A stretch of DNA of 64,000 bases from Diadema antillarum. Its lineage: Eukaryota. The stretch lies in assembly GCF_040938485.1 (NCBI RefSeq), contig NW_027271012.1, positions 2,418,001 to 2,482,000 of the forward strand, read 5' to 3'. Positions 26,501 to 37,611 of this stretch are shown here, in pieces. How positions within the stretch are numbered: the first letter of the stretch is position 1; each line of letters starts with the position of its first letter. The notes beneath the pieces are model-generated. The model did no database searches. It saw nothing but the letters and a program-made list of their open reading frames with translations, and was not told the DNA's origin. Position numbers and translations under genes: made by a program.

Positions 26501-29500
26501 GTGCCCCAGTTTCCTCTCTTTTTCTCTCCGTGAAGAGCTGCTCTGGTTTTTTTTGTCATACTCGGTATCAAACCCTGCCATTGTGTGCATTCTACATGGC
26601 TTTTCAATTTCTGTGCTCCGGCAATTAAGAGCAGCATCAGAATGTGTGTCACAGTATAAAAGAGAATGGAATGTATTGATGTGGCAGGCACAGTTGACTG
26701 CATGTATACTTTAATCATTATAATTGTGTGCTCCTGTATGCTAACAATAGAATCAATATTCATGAAAATTACATTTTTAATGAAATTAATTTTTCATTAA
26801 CAGGGGAATACTCCATAGCGCTTCGTAATCATGTGTACTTCTATTTCTTTTCTGTTTTACAACATACAAGATGTATAACTAGTCCATTCAAATGTGCCTT
26901 TTAATACCATCTCTCTATTTGATCTCAGTTTTTACTTCTGTGTTGTATAGGGTGATTGATTGTAATAATCCATCTACCAGGATCAGCCCATGTAAGATAA
27001 GGTATAATGTGAGCCTGGTCATCTCAAATTCTGTAAACTTGTCTCTGCATTATAGGGATAAAAAGACAATACCCCCTGAACACCAGGGGTACATTTTATA
27101 AATGTTTTCTATTGTTTGTTGCCATAATAGCCGTTACCACAGCAACTGAAGTCAAATGGTCACAGCTGAAGGGATGTTTTCTTGCTGCAGCCATAGTAAA
27201 TGCAATTACTGCAACTAAACATTAATACAGACCTCTGTATGCAGTGGGACTGAAGCTAACACGCATTAAAAATAGATATCAAATGTGTTATGCTTCACTT
27301 CTGATGGAGTTTATGAAATGCTCTCACAAATATGAAATCATGTGCATATCTACTGGTTGCTTAATTTGCACAGGGAAAAAAAAAAGTTTATCTATCAATA
27401 TATAATTGCTACCTCTCTCTCCCCACCCATCCCCCTTTTAACAGGAAAAAAAAAAAGAATATAATTGATACTTCATGATTTAACCCCTCAGTATCAAGGC
27501 AGGTCACTGGCAAAACTTTAGCCTTACATCAGTGGGTGCTCTTTTGAAACTTTGCCACCTGCCTAGTAGTCAAATAATGCAATTATTTAATTAATTTGCA
27601 CTCTTCCTTCAATAGGTAACGAGGTTTGTTTGTTTTTTTGCCCCTGATTGTGAAACTATTATCCCAGTCTTGGGGGAGGGGGAGATAGAAAAAGGAAAAG
27701 AAAAAATTCACAGCGCCTGTATTAAATTTGCTGGACTGTCCAATCAAGAAAGATGTTGAGGCTAGCTCATACAGTGATACATACAATTTTGTATAGATGC
27801 TTGTCCCACTGTATGGATTACAATGCCTTCGGGAATTTGTTTGCTCTCTGTTTTCTAGTAAAGCCGTGTCTTTCATCATACCTTTCATAGACATTACATG
27901 TACAACATGTACATGTAGCTGCTCCTGAATAACTAAACAAAGAGATAAATGAATCAGATTGCAGATTTTGCCAAGCTTGGGTTGAAAATTGGGTAACGTC
28001 AGTATGAGTAATTCTTTAAATTATACGAATTGAATCATTATTTAAGGACAGATAGGATTCACAAGTTGGCCCTGCGTGAATGTTGGTCATTGTCGTGTCT
28101 TTTTACAGTATGTTATAATCAACTCACTGTATGTGACTGTTTTTGCTAATACCATGTACAGCCCGTGATTACTGGAAGAAGCGCTACTTTGATGAGAAGA
28201 AGATGACCGCGCCCCTGGAGGACCAAGTGAATCGACTCCGGAACCAGGCGGAGGTCCTGCACCGCAAGCTGCTCAACCACCTGGAAGGGAAGAAGGGGAG
28301 GGGAGCACCAAAAGTGAAGGGGCCCCCTTCCAAAAAGGTCAGTGAACTCTATGAGGTGATAGGCAAAAAGCCCCCGTCAGAAACATGGCACTATCACAAC
28401 AACAACAACAACAAAAGTATGACACAGGGTATTCATGACAGGATGTCACTACATGGACTGTTGACGGGGGAAAAAAAGATTTTCCGTGGGCAGGTTATGG
28501 CAAATGCCTTGGTTATTGACAGAAAAGATCGAAATAGCAGAAATTTCTTTGGATAGGCTGATGCTGTTTCTAATTTCCCATTGTGAGTATAGACAGATAG
28601 AGTGTTTGAGTTGTAAGAGTTAGAAGAACCTGCCAAAAGGGTTTGTTCCCTTTTGGTACAAGTAAAGAAGGGCTACAATACCTGTACTTCATCTGTAAAG
28701 AATGCCCCCCCCCCCCCCCCCAAAAAAAAAAAAAAAAAAAAAAAAGATAATAAATGTTGACAAATATTATAAAAGTAAATGTAAAAAAGCATGAATTTTA
28801 TTTCTTCATGTCTTCAAAGACTCTACAAAGCATAAATATTCAGCTTGTGAAAGCAAAAAAAAAAAGGAAAGTGATGAGACCACTCCCCTTAATAAAATGA
28901 AAGACAGAAATATCAATCCGTTCGCATCAATGAGATATTTTTGTAATCCGTAGATATAGAACTGTATTTTTTGTTCCATACCACTCATGTCTGAGTAGTA
29001 ATGGTTGAAAGGTACAAGATTAATTTGAATTTTCACAATTCTGTATGAATTCTAATGTTGTTTTTGTACTTTAAACAGGTTGATTACCATCTCTACATGT
29101 TTTGTTAATTGCCTATAATGCAGAACATGTGAAAACTATATGTTGCTGTGTGAAAATGTCATTTTGTTGGCAAGCTGCACATTCTGAGCAGGAATTTAGT
29201 GCAACTATTCAACATTTTACCAGTAGAGGGCAGTATACCTCATTTGGCAATGCTATAATACTACAGATCTCTCATTGTCAGCTGAAAAGGAAAATGTTTA
29301 TGCAGAAACATGTGTCACAAATGTTCAGTGTAGAGTATGATATGCAATAACTTAATGAAAATGACATTGAGTTGTGTATGTATACATATGTATGTTATTC
29401 TGTACTTAGACTTAGATTATTATACATGGATCACTGTTTGGAACTTTGAGTTATTTTGTTTTTGTTTCGAATCTCTCACAGAATGACCACAAGATCACGA

Positions 29501-30547
29501 TTCTCAAGATGCAGCATGAGTTAGAAGAGCTCCGGAGACAGGCGGAGAATGCCAAAATGAAGCTCACATCGGAAGTCAAGGTTGGTGTCTCCTCATCCAC
29601 TATTTCATCTCCCTTTATGTCTCATCGTCACCTTCCACCCCACCCCCCACCCCTTCTCCTTCTCCTCCTCCTCCTCCACCTCTTCCACCTCCTTCACCAC
29701 TTATTTTTTTCCTCTTCCACCACTGCCATCTTTCCCCTTCTCAACCTGCTTCCTCCTCCTCCTCCTCCACTAGCTCATCTTCTTCTTCCACCACCACCTC
29801 AAACCACCAGTACTTGTTTTTCCTCGCTGTTTTCTCTTTCTTGTCTGTCCCCAACTTGCTTCCCCCCCCCCTTCTCTTGTGATACCATCCTATCTTCTTC
29901 TTGATGCAGTCAGTCCCATTCACATTGTCCCTTTAATAATTCAGACCATTAAATGTGATGCTGGCAATCAACAGTTTGTTTCCTGAATCGGGATGCTGAA
30001 AAAACAGTATGTTTAGATGCAATGTAATATTTAAGTATCAAACGCTGAGAGGAGAGAATGTGTAGGACAGTGAACTGATTATTTTCCTGCAATATGATAA
30101 TGGCACCTATTGTTGTGTACTGTATGATGTTTTATCAATCAGTCACCTTTTAGCTTAATTCCCAGTTCACAATGTATGGTGTACACTACATGGTATATCT
30201 GTGAATGTGATGAAAAAAATCACTGTGAACCAGCAAAAGAGAAATCACAGAGAGAGAGAGGCCAAGAAACAGAAAAGAAGAGAAATTTGAATGTATGAAG
30301 GAAGCAATGTCCTTTGATTCCTAAATGAATGGTATTGTCCCGATTCTTCACCCCCACCCCACAGCTACGCAATCAGGCAGAGACAGAAGTACGGTCGCTG
30401 AAGAGCGAGGTCACCCAGCGCAAAATCAACCTGACCCTGACACGCAATCAGAAGCTGGCAGCCCTGAAGGGCGGGGACAGACTGCTAGCCAAGACTCCCA
30501 TCCCATCCGTGGGTCAAGGGTCAACCTCCGTATCTGCAAAGCGTTGA
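1..30547 (+). CDS. SPATA1: SPATA1-like gene, 5'-partial; join(<1..96,9124..9177,9697..9847,10269..10910,13376..14579,15187..16007,16707..16764,18878..19003,22904..22960,28162..28337,29482..29580,30365..30547) with an apparent 1-nt frameshift at about 15849-15901
   Basis: All introns are GT..AG with matching phases except for one extra base; the exons sum to 3667 nt (3n+1). The N-terminal exons (DLRSIVGEDLG..DFVFLKSVGR / VKPKQEVEIKCKAFLPP / AWAPEIVVL) and C-terminal exons (RDYWKKRYFDEKKMTAPLE; MQHELEELRRQAENAKMKLTSEVKLRNQAETEVRSLKSEVTQRK) resemble vertebrate SPATA1 as I recall it (RDIWKKKYFETKKVTASLE; KMKLIVEVKMRKQA). Confidence 0.85.
4089..5390 (+). mobile_element. Non-autonomous Helentron/DINE-1-like element with about 7 internal ~161-bp tandem repeats
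   Basis: 5' TATACCCCC...GGGGGTATA sub-terminal hairpin, (GGTCGGGC)n microsatellite at 4143-4186, central tandem units, 3' CGGGGGTA sub-TIR, ATCAC-cttca-GTGAT hairpin and T-rich ends. Confidence 0.75.
5827..6518. mobile_element. Non-autonomous DNA transposon (MITE), ~35-bp TIR, TA or ATAT target
   Basis: tgtgaccgtgcacctcaaaacgaacataaagtcgc ... gcgactttttgtttgttttgaggtgcagggtcaca, flanked by TA/ATAT. Confidence 0.8.
9124..9177 (+). CDS. SPATA1: SPATA1-like exon (VKPKQEVEIKCKAFLPPA)
   Basis: Pyrimidine tract plus CAG acceptor, GTAAGT donor, phase 0-0. Confidence 0.85.
9697..9847 (+). CDS. SPATA1: SPATA1-like exon (AWAPEIVVLEPP...)
   Basis: AAG acceptor, GTAAGG donor, phase 0-1; continues the N-terminal domain motif. 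Confidence 0.8.
10269..10910 (+). CDS. SPATA1: SPATA1-like exon, basic Lys/Gly-rich low-complexity region
   Basis: Lies in ORF 10238..10948. Tandem acceptor AAG/CAG allows a start at 10266 or 10269. GTAAGG donor at 10911; phase 1-1 fits both neighbours. Confidence 0.7.
13376..14579 (+). CDS. SPATA1: SPATA1-like exon, poly-Pro, (Asn-Pro)n and Ser/Thr/Pro-rich
   Basis: Lies in ORF 13369..14625. TTGTCAG acceptor, CG|GTATGA donor; phase 1-2 fits both neighbours. Confidence 0.75.
13591..13812 (+). repeat. Coding hexamer repeat AAY-CCN encoding (Asn-Pro)n
   Basis: About 35 units; the third codon positions vary while the peptide stays NP (occasionally KP). Confidence 0.9.
15187..16007 (+). CDS. 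SPATA1: SPATA1-like exon, Glu/Arg/Lys-rich helix, contains the apparent frameshift
   Basis: CTCTTTTGCAG acceptor (phase 2). The entry frame stops at 15902-15904. The +1 frame (GSVAREDAEFEGKSHEEVRDGLKRVHLTPELERRAK) is open to the AAG|GTCAGT donor in phase 0. Confidence 0.7.
16707..16764 (+). CDS. SPATA1: SPATA1-like exon (VGKVQNRSISEDIYETDPA)
   Basis: TTTTTCAG acceptor, GTAAGT donor, phase 0-1. Confidence 0.8.
18089..18255. mobile_element. Tc1/mariner-like MITE
   Basis: ta|cagtgcactcccattttaatgaa ... ttcattataatgggagttcactg|ta. Confidence 0.75.
18878..19003 (+). CDS. SPATA1: SPATA1 C-terminal coiled-coil exon (AQLIAELEAARQERQDKEKEREALIKKAKNLQAK)
   Basis: CTAG acceptor, GTAAGT donor, phase 1-1. 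Confidence 0.85.
22904..22960 (+). CDS. SPATA1: 57-nt symmetric exon, probable cassette (YDEPGPWSNSVSPDKDAQ)
   Basis: CTCTGCTTGTAG acceptor, GTAAGT donor, open frame, phase 1-1. Confidence 0.55.
26173..26371. mobile_element. TA-flanked MITE with CTGTAAA termini
   Basis: ta|ctgtaaaaccaggaat ... atttctggttttacag|ta. Confidence 0.8.
28162..28337 (+). CDS. SPATA1: SPATA1 C-terminal domain exon (RDYWKKRYFDEKK...)
   Basis: TACAG acceptor, GTCAGT donor, phase 1-0; best-conserved SPATA1 motif. Confidence 0.9.
29482..29580 (+). CDS. SPATA1: SPATA1 C-terminal domain exon (NDHKITILKMQHELEELRRQAENAKMKLTSEVK)
   Basis: CTCTCACAG acceptor, GTTGGT donor, phase 0-0. Confidence 0.88.
29640..29880. repeat. 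Pyrimidine-rich (CCT/CTT)n low-complexity tract in a SPATA1 intron
   Basis: Runs of ctcctc/cttctt directly after the donor at 29581. Confidence 0.8.
30365..30547 (+). CDS. SPATA1: SPATA1 last coding exon (LRNQAETEVRSLKSEVTQRK...SAKR*)
   Basis: CCCCACAG acceptor; TGA at 30545-30547. Confidence 0.88.
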   Translation, partial: LRNQAETEVRSLKSEVTQRKINLTLTRNQKLAALKGGDRLLAKTPIPSVGQGSTSVSAKR

Positions 30548-31586
30548 CGGGGAGGGTCCTGCGGCCTCGAGAGAGACAACTCTCACAAGTGGGCATCTTT
30601 GCAGGAGTAACATGATGTGGGACTGAAGATTCTATGAGGATGATGGAGTTTTATAGATACATTCGTGGCTGTAAAAGACTTGTCCCTTTATAGTCTGCAG
30701 GTCAGCCGCTATGAAGCAGAATTTGGGGAACGTGAGCAAGAAATCAGCTTAATCTGTGCAGGGTCCAGATTCGCTATTTACCTGCACAGACTTTCAGGTA
30801 AATAAACTGTTGTGCATGCATATTCTGATTTTATGCATACCCCTAGTCTGTAATGGAGGTTATTACAGACAAGCAGAAAGCCTGCTCAAGTATTGTAATG
30901 TATTTGGTGGGAATATTTTAGGTCCATTCACACGCCCTTGTTGACACGTACGCTGATAAAAAAAATGCAATTCAAATCACAGCCAGTCACAAAGAAAAAT
31001 TGCATTCCAAATTGCACTAGTTCAAATTAGGCCAATCTGCGCATGCGTTAGTCTTAGAATTTTACCTGACTTTGACCTAACTGTCATCAAGAGTTTAACG
31101 GGCACGTTGCACCATGACCATTCAGAAAATTTTGTAACTATTTTGGAAACCTTGTACGTTTAGTGTCACCAGGAATGGGGATTTGAATCTCACCGATAGT
31201 TGCAATTTTGTTGCCACACACATTAACAAACAAACAAAAAATGATTTGAATCGTAACACAGATAATTGCAACTATTGGTTGCTGTGTGAATGGGCCTATT
31301 GTTACTGCTACTTTTGAGTTTGTAGGCTTGGCCAGTTGACCAGATATGTGCATAGTAGTATTCATGACAAGGATGTCTTTGTCCCACAAAAAGCATTCCA
31401 TTTACATGTGTCTATAATCTCTTTGTGCAACTGGCATTGCAGTTTTACTGACATTCCTAATATTCATGTAAACCTTAATGTGATGCTCAGGGCTTGCCCA
31501 GGTTGGTCTCTGCATCACAGTTTGCATGGAAGTTTGCATAAAATTTCGATGGCAAAATTCAGCCATTTTTTCCAAACTTATAAGTA

Positions 31587-31749
31587 CAGGGGCGGATCCA
31601 GGAATTCTGTAAGGGGGGGGGGGGGCAACTAATATTTCTGGTGCCACTTCCGGGTTTCATTTCATTTTTTCCCCTTTTTTATTTCTTTTGTTTTAAACGA
31701 AAAATAAAGGGGGCGTGCGCCAGTTGCGCCCCCTCTGGATCCGCCACTG
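31587..31749. mobile_element. hAT-like MITE
   Basis: caggggcggatccag ... ctggatccgccactg TIR. No clear TSD. Confidence 0.7.
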
Positions 31750-32105
31750 CAGGTAGCTAGTTGCTTTGCGTAAGCTCAGCAAAAACTGATGTGATTCACA
31801 CTCCCAATGTAGTCAGAATTCAAAATGTCAAGAAGAGAGTCAAGTGTTTGCTGTCAGACATTAAAAAAGCGACAAAAAAAAGCAAAAAAAGCGACCAAAA
31901 AAAAGCAAAAAAGCCTCATGAAATTTAAGAAATAATAATGTATATGAGATAAATCATAGTTATATGTTAAAGCTTTGTAAATATGCAGTAGACAAAGGAA
32001 CATGAATATGTTTCCTTTCCCCTTGTTATTTGCAGTAGCACTCATCTGTTTGTTTGTTTGTTTGTTTGTGATTTTTTTTTTTTGCTTTTTATTTGGATGT
32101 GTATA

Positions 32106-32621
32106 CTGTAAACATCAATATTTTCGCGCGATTAATTTTTCGCGCTGAGCGGCTCAAAAACGTATTCGCGGGTTCTTAAATTCGCGCTCCGCAGCAGGTT
32201 ACTTTACTGTAGTACACATTCACTACTTTCATCCAAAGCCTCTGCTATATAGCTTGCTATGCCAGCGTACGACAAGCGACGTAGCGAGCGGCTCGACTGC
32301 GAGTACAAGCACTCAAATACGTAGTACAGCTGTGACTGTAGTACGCGTAGTCAAGGGGGAATGTAGCATCGGTGCGTGCGGTGCACACATGCATGCTACA
32401 GTACACAGCAATCTATCGTCTCTTCGCACAGTACTAGTAGCGTAAACATGCCTGTACATTTAACGTAGCAGTATCATCGATGAAGCGCACACAATTCATC
32501 CCGTTCAAAATGTGCATAGAAAATTGTGAAGATATATTCGCGCGTTTTTGAATTCGCGCTAGCCGAACGTAGCGCGAAATCCGCGAAAATTAATGTACCG
32601 CGAAAATTTCCACGTTTACAG
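32106..32621. mobile_element. TA-flanked MITE with CTGTAAA termini and sub-terminal TTCGCG motifs (related to 26173-26371)
   Basis: ta|ctgtaaac...ttttcgcg ... cgcgaaaatttccacgtttacag|ta; CpG-rich relative to its flanks. Confidence 0.85.
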
Positions 32622-33670
32622 TATATGTTTGTTGGCCCTAATTGCTAGCTGCCGATAGTCACTGTTGCCTTGTTCAAGAACGTTAAAAACCATTCTTAGG
32701 CAATTTGTAGTCGTGTCCAGAGAATCTGCATTATGTTGATTGTTCCTGATATTATTTAGCTTACCTGTACATATTCAACAAAGCATTCTATTTCAGGCAA
32801 TGTATTTTGTAATTGGCAGTATCAACAAACATATTGCAATCATTTGTGAATATACCTGAGTGTACAAATTATCTGTAAAAACAAAAAACGTGACCGTTTT
32901 ATTACCTTGAACATTAGAAATATGTAATAATATATTGTGTGCATTTCTTTGTGCCAAAGGCAATAAGTAGTATGTGCATTTAAGTCATGCCTGTTGATCC
33001 AGTAAAACTGTGTTACATTCAAATTAATTGCTGCATATGCAATACATGGCATTACCTGACCTGGACTGGACCCTTGTATTAACTATAGAGTATTTCTCCC
33101 ATCCTGTATCATTGGCAGATCAGCTGTTGGGTGTTTGAAATAGAAGAATTCGTACAATTGTATGATGGTTTGGTAGGCCACAGTCATGATTCCTTCAGTT
33201 GTTCAGACTTTTCGCCAGAGCATCATTCAGTCATAGAGTAGTGCAGCCAGATAATGAAGTTCTTTCTCAAAGATTTTGATTTAAAAACAAAAACAAAAAC
33301 AAAAACAAAAGGATGAAAGTAGACAATCGGTTCTCCATATCATAGTTTGATACTGATTGATGGAGATATGTCACTTAAAAAAGCTTTATTTGTGTGACGT
33401 TGTTGTTGTTATTGTTGTTGTTGAATTGAAGCAAAAGACACATCACGTCATATTTCACTTCAATCATGTGTTACTGGATGCATTGTATTGTGCTTAGCAG
33501 TAATATGTTCTTTCAACGTGAGTGCCCAGTGCCTAGTCTCAAACCAGGCAAATCTCTTGTATTCTTTCAGGGCTTTCATTGATGAGAAATGACAAATGCA
33601 TGATGTGTCTGTTGCATGAACACTTTAAGCGTGTATTTGTACATTGTTATTATGGAAACAGTAGCCAGTA

Positions 33671-33860
33671 CAGGGAAATCCCATTATAAATAGCTTCTTT
33701 ACAACAAGGTACTGCTCTTAACGAGGTAAATTCAGCGGTCCCAATTTTCCATTACTGTATTTACCTGGTCTCTTTTCTAGTACCTGGTTCACAAGGTACT
33801 CGTTTAACAAGGTAAAAATCAGTGGTCCAGTTGACCCTTTTATATAAGGTTTTCCCAGTG
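33671..33860. mobile_element. Degenerate Tc1/mariner-like MITE
   Basis: ta|cagggaaatcccattata ... tataaggttttcccagtg|ta, imperfect TIR. Confidence 0.45.
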
Positions 33861-34699
33861 TAAAGATACTCTGTTTCTTTCAGTGACAGGTGTGGCAGGT
33901 GAAAATCTAGCTTTCTTTTCTCTTGTATGTAGATATTGCAACGTTATCCCCATCCCTCATGCACACACTGATCTGATAATTGACCCTCAATCTTACGTTT
34001 CTTGCCTTTCAGTTTTCATACATTTATCCAAGTACTAATTTACTACAATTTTTTTTTTTTCACCCCATTCTTTTAAAGAGCTCTTTCAGTTGACAATCTC
34101 ATTCATTGTTTATCCCTCAATGCATTCCAGTAGAACATAAGGTAGTTGTTTGTCTAAATTGTAAATTCTTGCCTGTCTTGATAGGTAACATGAACGAAGC
34201 TAAGTCATTCCCGTTTTGAACACTTGCCTTGGTATTCTTTCCTCTGTTCTTGTGGTATGGAACCATTGTGTAATGTTTCTATTTCTTTCCCTCTTTTTGT
34301 ATGTTAGTGTGACTGTCTACAATAATAGAGCATGTAAGCAAATGGTCCAGTTTATTAAAGTTGGTACAAAGCATGATGATAAGTAGCCATAAGAGCCACC
34401 AGGGTCCCATTTATGTGCAGTCTTTCATAAGAGATTGAAGTGTTCAGTCAGTACAGTGTACCATGAAACATTTTTAGGCAGTGGCAAATTAACAGTTAGT
34501 GCTATATGCATTGCTTTGGCACTCTCATTCAACGGTACTTACTTACACATTATTCCAAGACTGTTGTACGTAAGAGTTTAGAGCACTTTAATTTAGTGGA
34601 GGCAAGGTTTTAGAGGAAACCTGCAACAAGAAGACACATTTTTTTTCTCTTTGCTAGAAAATCATTTATCTGTCCAAAATATGAAGAGAAGCAATTATT

Positions 34700-34750
34700 T
34701 GAGTGTGAGTGTGTGTGTGTGTTTGTGTGTGTGTGTTTGTGTGTGTGTGT
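34700..34750. repeat. (GT)n microsatellite, interrupted
   Basis: Direct dinucleotide run. Confidence 0.9.
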
Positions 34751-35431
34751 AGTCTAAAGTAGTAGTCTAAAGTATCCATCAAATGAGTTGGTACCCCTGC
34801 AGTATAGTTCTCAGCAAATGCTTTCAGGTTTGCTCGCTTACAATATCATTTTACATGTCAACCAGCATGCAAGATACATCAATATTTTCTTATAATCATA
34901 TTGTGTGACCAGTCAGAACAAATGCAATACCAGTTATGTAAAGTTAGGTATCCTGCAAAATGTGATTTCATTATGAAATCTTTACATTAGTCTCTAGCCA
35001 TTGTATTCTTCAGTTGCATTAGTTTTCCTGTACATAAGAGTGAAACCAACAGGATGATTTCCCCTTACAAGTGTGACATCAACTATGTGTAGAAAAACAC
35101 ACAACTGAAAAGAATATTTTTAATGACTGAATGTTCTGAATGTTGAATGGGTCAATTGGAATTGTACAGAATTTTATTGAAATTATATTGGGAAAAAGAT
35201 ATTCCTAGAATGTTTGGCAATATTCTGTCATCTGATTGTAAGTACCAGTATATGTTTTGTTGATTAATAAATTGATTTTATTTATTGAAAAACAATGCAT
35301 CTTTATCACTCTCTTGATATTATGACAGTGTTGTAGTCAATTATACTCAAACCAAAGTCGACATCTTCTTCATCACTACAGGCCTCTCTGCCAATTTATG
35401 ATAAAAGTCGATATTTACATGCAAGTTATTT

Positions 35432-35510
35432 ATGGAGTCAAAAGGGGCCTGAGCTTTCGATCCCAGCAGAATTTGCTAGGATCAAAAGCTCAGCCCCCTT
35501 TTGACTCCAT
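35432..35510. repeat. 79-nt near-perfect palindrome
   Basis: 37-bp arms with 3 mismatches and a 5-nt loop (gaatt). Confidence 0.9.
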
Positions 35511-36510
35511 TTTACTCCTTTGGCTGGCCACTATTGGATAAGCAGTTTTCAACAGCTTTTTTTGCTGCAAGTTATTTACGCGCTCTACCAAGTAAGATGA
35601 ATTTCGTATGTTTTTCATCAAGACATTACATAGCGGTACATTATAACAGGCAAAAATATTTGCATGCTTTAATTTTTGCACTATCTATAGTTTTTGGTCA
35701 TGCAAAATTCATGAAAATTTTCACACTGCAAAAATGTCCACTTTTAGAGTATATTGATCCTTTCTCTGCCAGAGCTTTGGACAGTGTGTACAAGGTTGTG
35801 GGGCTTTCTCCCGGGTTTATGTGCCAATCAGCACTCGAAGCACACACACAAATAAGGTGGATTCCCAATGTGCAAGCATTCTATGAGCTTGGTGAACATG
35901 GTTTCTTGATTTTGAGCAATTATGCATTTTAGTGTCACTAGATGGCGCTATACAGATTATGCCACTGCCATGTATATAAGATCAGACAAGTTTCTATGTA
36001 ATAAGACAAAACAGCTGCTTTATCCCACCCTGTCCTGCATGAAAAAAAAAACAAAAAAAGATGAAGGTACATGAATTCAAATTAGATTTTGAATATGTGA
36101 ATTATTATGCACGTGATTATATGTGCGTGTGTGTGTGTGTATGTGTGTGTGTGTGTGAGTTAGAGAGATTGAAAGTAGACATGTCATAATAAGTGATTGC
36201 TGTATGTATTGGCTTCACCAAAATTGATAGTGCCTACATGTACATCCATTAATCACCTTGATATACAACATGTACATTGTATCTCAGAGTAAAGCTGCTG
36301 AAAAACGAAGAAAATTAGTAATACACTTGTAGCAACTTTGATATCTTAAAAAATTTCCCTCTTTGTTATAAAGGCAAATTACAAATACAAATACGAGTGC
36401 AGTATCACTGAACAAATTAGATTTTTCTCTTTTGACCTTACTTGAAAAAAAAAAAACTTTGAAAATAACATTTTTTTTTGTTCTTTTAGACTCTTCTTAA
36501 ACATATGTAC

Positions 36511-36559
<49 letters not shown>

Positions 36560-36586
36560 GATATATGATATATATATATATATATA

Positions 36587-36832
36587 TGAAGAGTGTTCGC
36601 AAAAACCAATAAGTCCATTTTTGGTGATTTTGAAGTACGGTCTCTGTCATTCAGTACAAAATAATACCTTTTAAATGATATATTGGTCACTCATATAAAG
36701 GTACATTTTTGAAGTTATAGTCAAAAGAAGCAAAAATTCTCTTATTATTCTCTTTATTTTTCTTGACCTTTAATCGCAAATATCTCCATTTGGCAAATAT
36801 GGACTTATCGGTTTTTGCGAACAAACTCTTCA
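36587..36832. mobile_element. MITE within a (TA)n microsatellite
   Basis: tgaagagtgttcgcaaaaaccaataagtccat ... atggacttatcggtttttgcgaacaaactcttca, with (TA)n on both sides. Confidence 0.8.
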
Positions 36833-36853
36833 TATATATATAGAGAGATTACA

Positions 36854-37392
36854 CAGTCAACCTCGCTTAAAGGCATAATTTACCATTTGCAGAAGAAACA
36901 AAAACCCAGCATTAGTGCTTTATGATGGGTCTAAAATGTGAGTTAGGGATAGAAACAACCACTGTAAAAATTTGAATCCGTGTTATAATCAGTGTTAAGT
37001 ATTGTTAAATACACAAAATGTGAACAATAGTTATAACAAAAATGTTTCCAGACCTAACCGTCTGCAGTTAAGGTTTAATGAGAAAAATGCTGATGATTAT
37101 CTGCTTATATTTAGGCTTTATTGCAAAAATTGTATATGGTAGGATGTTTTGTGATACAACAGACCTACATTTTGTACATATATGCATCAAATGTGATATC
37201 TTAAACATTTTTAAAATCACTGCTCCCAAAGGTAAACAGGACCTTTAAGTCAACTTCACATAAGTTGATGGTCTGTTTAAGTCCTCTTCTCTTTATATTT
37301 TATTGATTTTAATCCCTCATAAGTCGAATTTTCTCCAAGTCAAAGCTATTTCTTCAGTCCAAATAGATTCGACTTCGACAAGGTTGAAAGTA
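36854..37392. mobile_element. CAGTCAACCTC-family Tc1/mariner-like MITE interrupted by a nested insertion
   Basis: cagtcaacctcgcTTAA|insert|TTAAgtcaac...aaggttgaaagta. Confidence 0.65.
36871..37244. mobile_element. Kolobok-like non-autonomous element (TTAA TSD, AGG...CCT termini)
   Basis: TTAA at 36867-36870 and 37245-37248. A homologous partial copy lies at about 47936-48060. Confidence 0.7.
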
Positions 37393-37543
37393 TGTATGTG
37401 TATACATATATATAGACGATGAAGACAAACAAGTTGACATAATGCATTAGAATCCAACTTCATTTATTTGTAAACCAAATTTTCGACCCTGTTTGTCTTC
37501 ATGCTCTTATTCCAACACGCGGATAATAATACCATCATGTCAG

Positions 37544-37547
<4 letters not shown>

Positions 37548-37600
<53 letters not shown>
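37548..37600. repeat. (TA)n microsatellite
   Basis: Direct dinucleotide run. Confidence 0.95.

Positions 37601-37611
<11 letters not shown>

Noticed and set aside
30701-30797. Exon-like open segment (VSRYEAEFGEREQEISL...) after the SPATA1 stop
   Set aside because: No convincing upstream donor or downstream partner exon and no recognised homology; it overlaps a plausible AATAAA at 30801.
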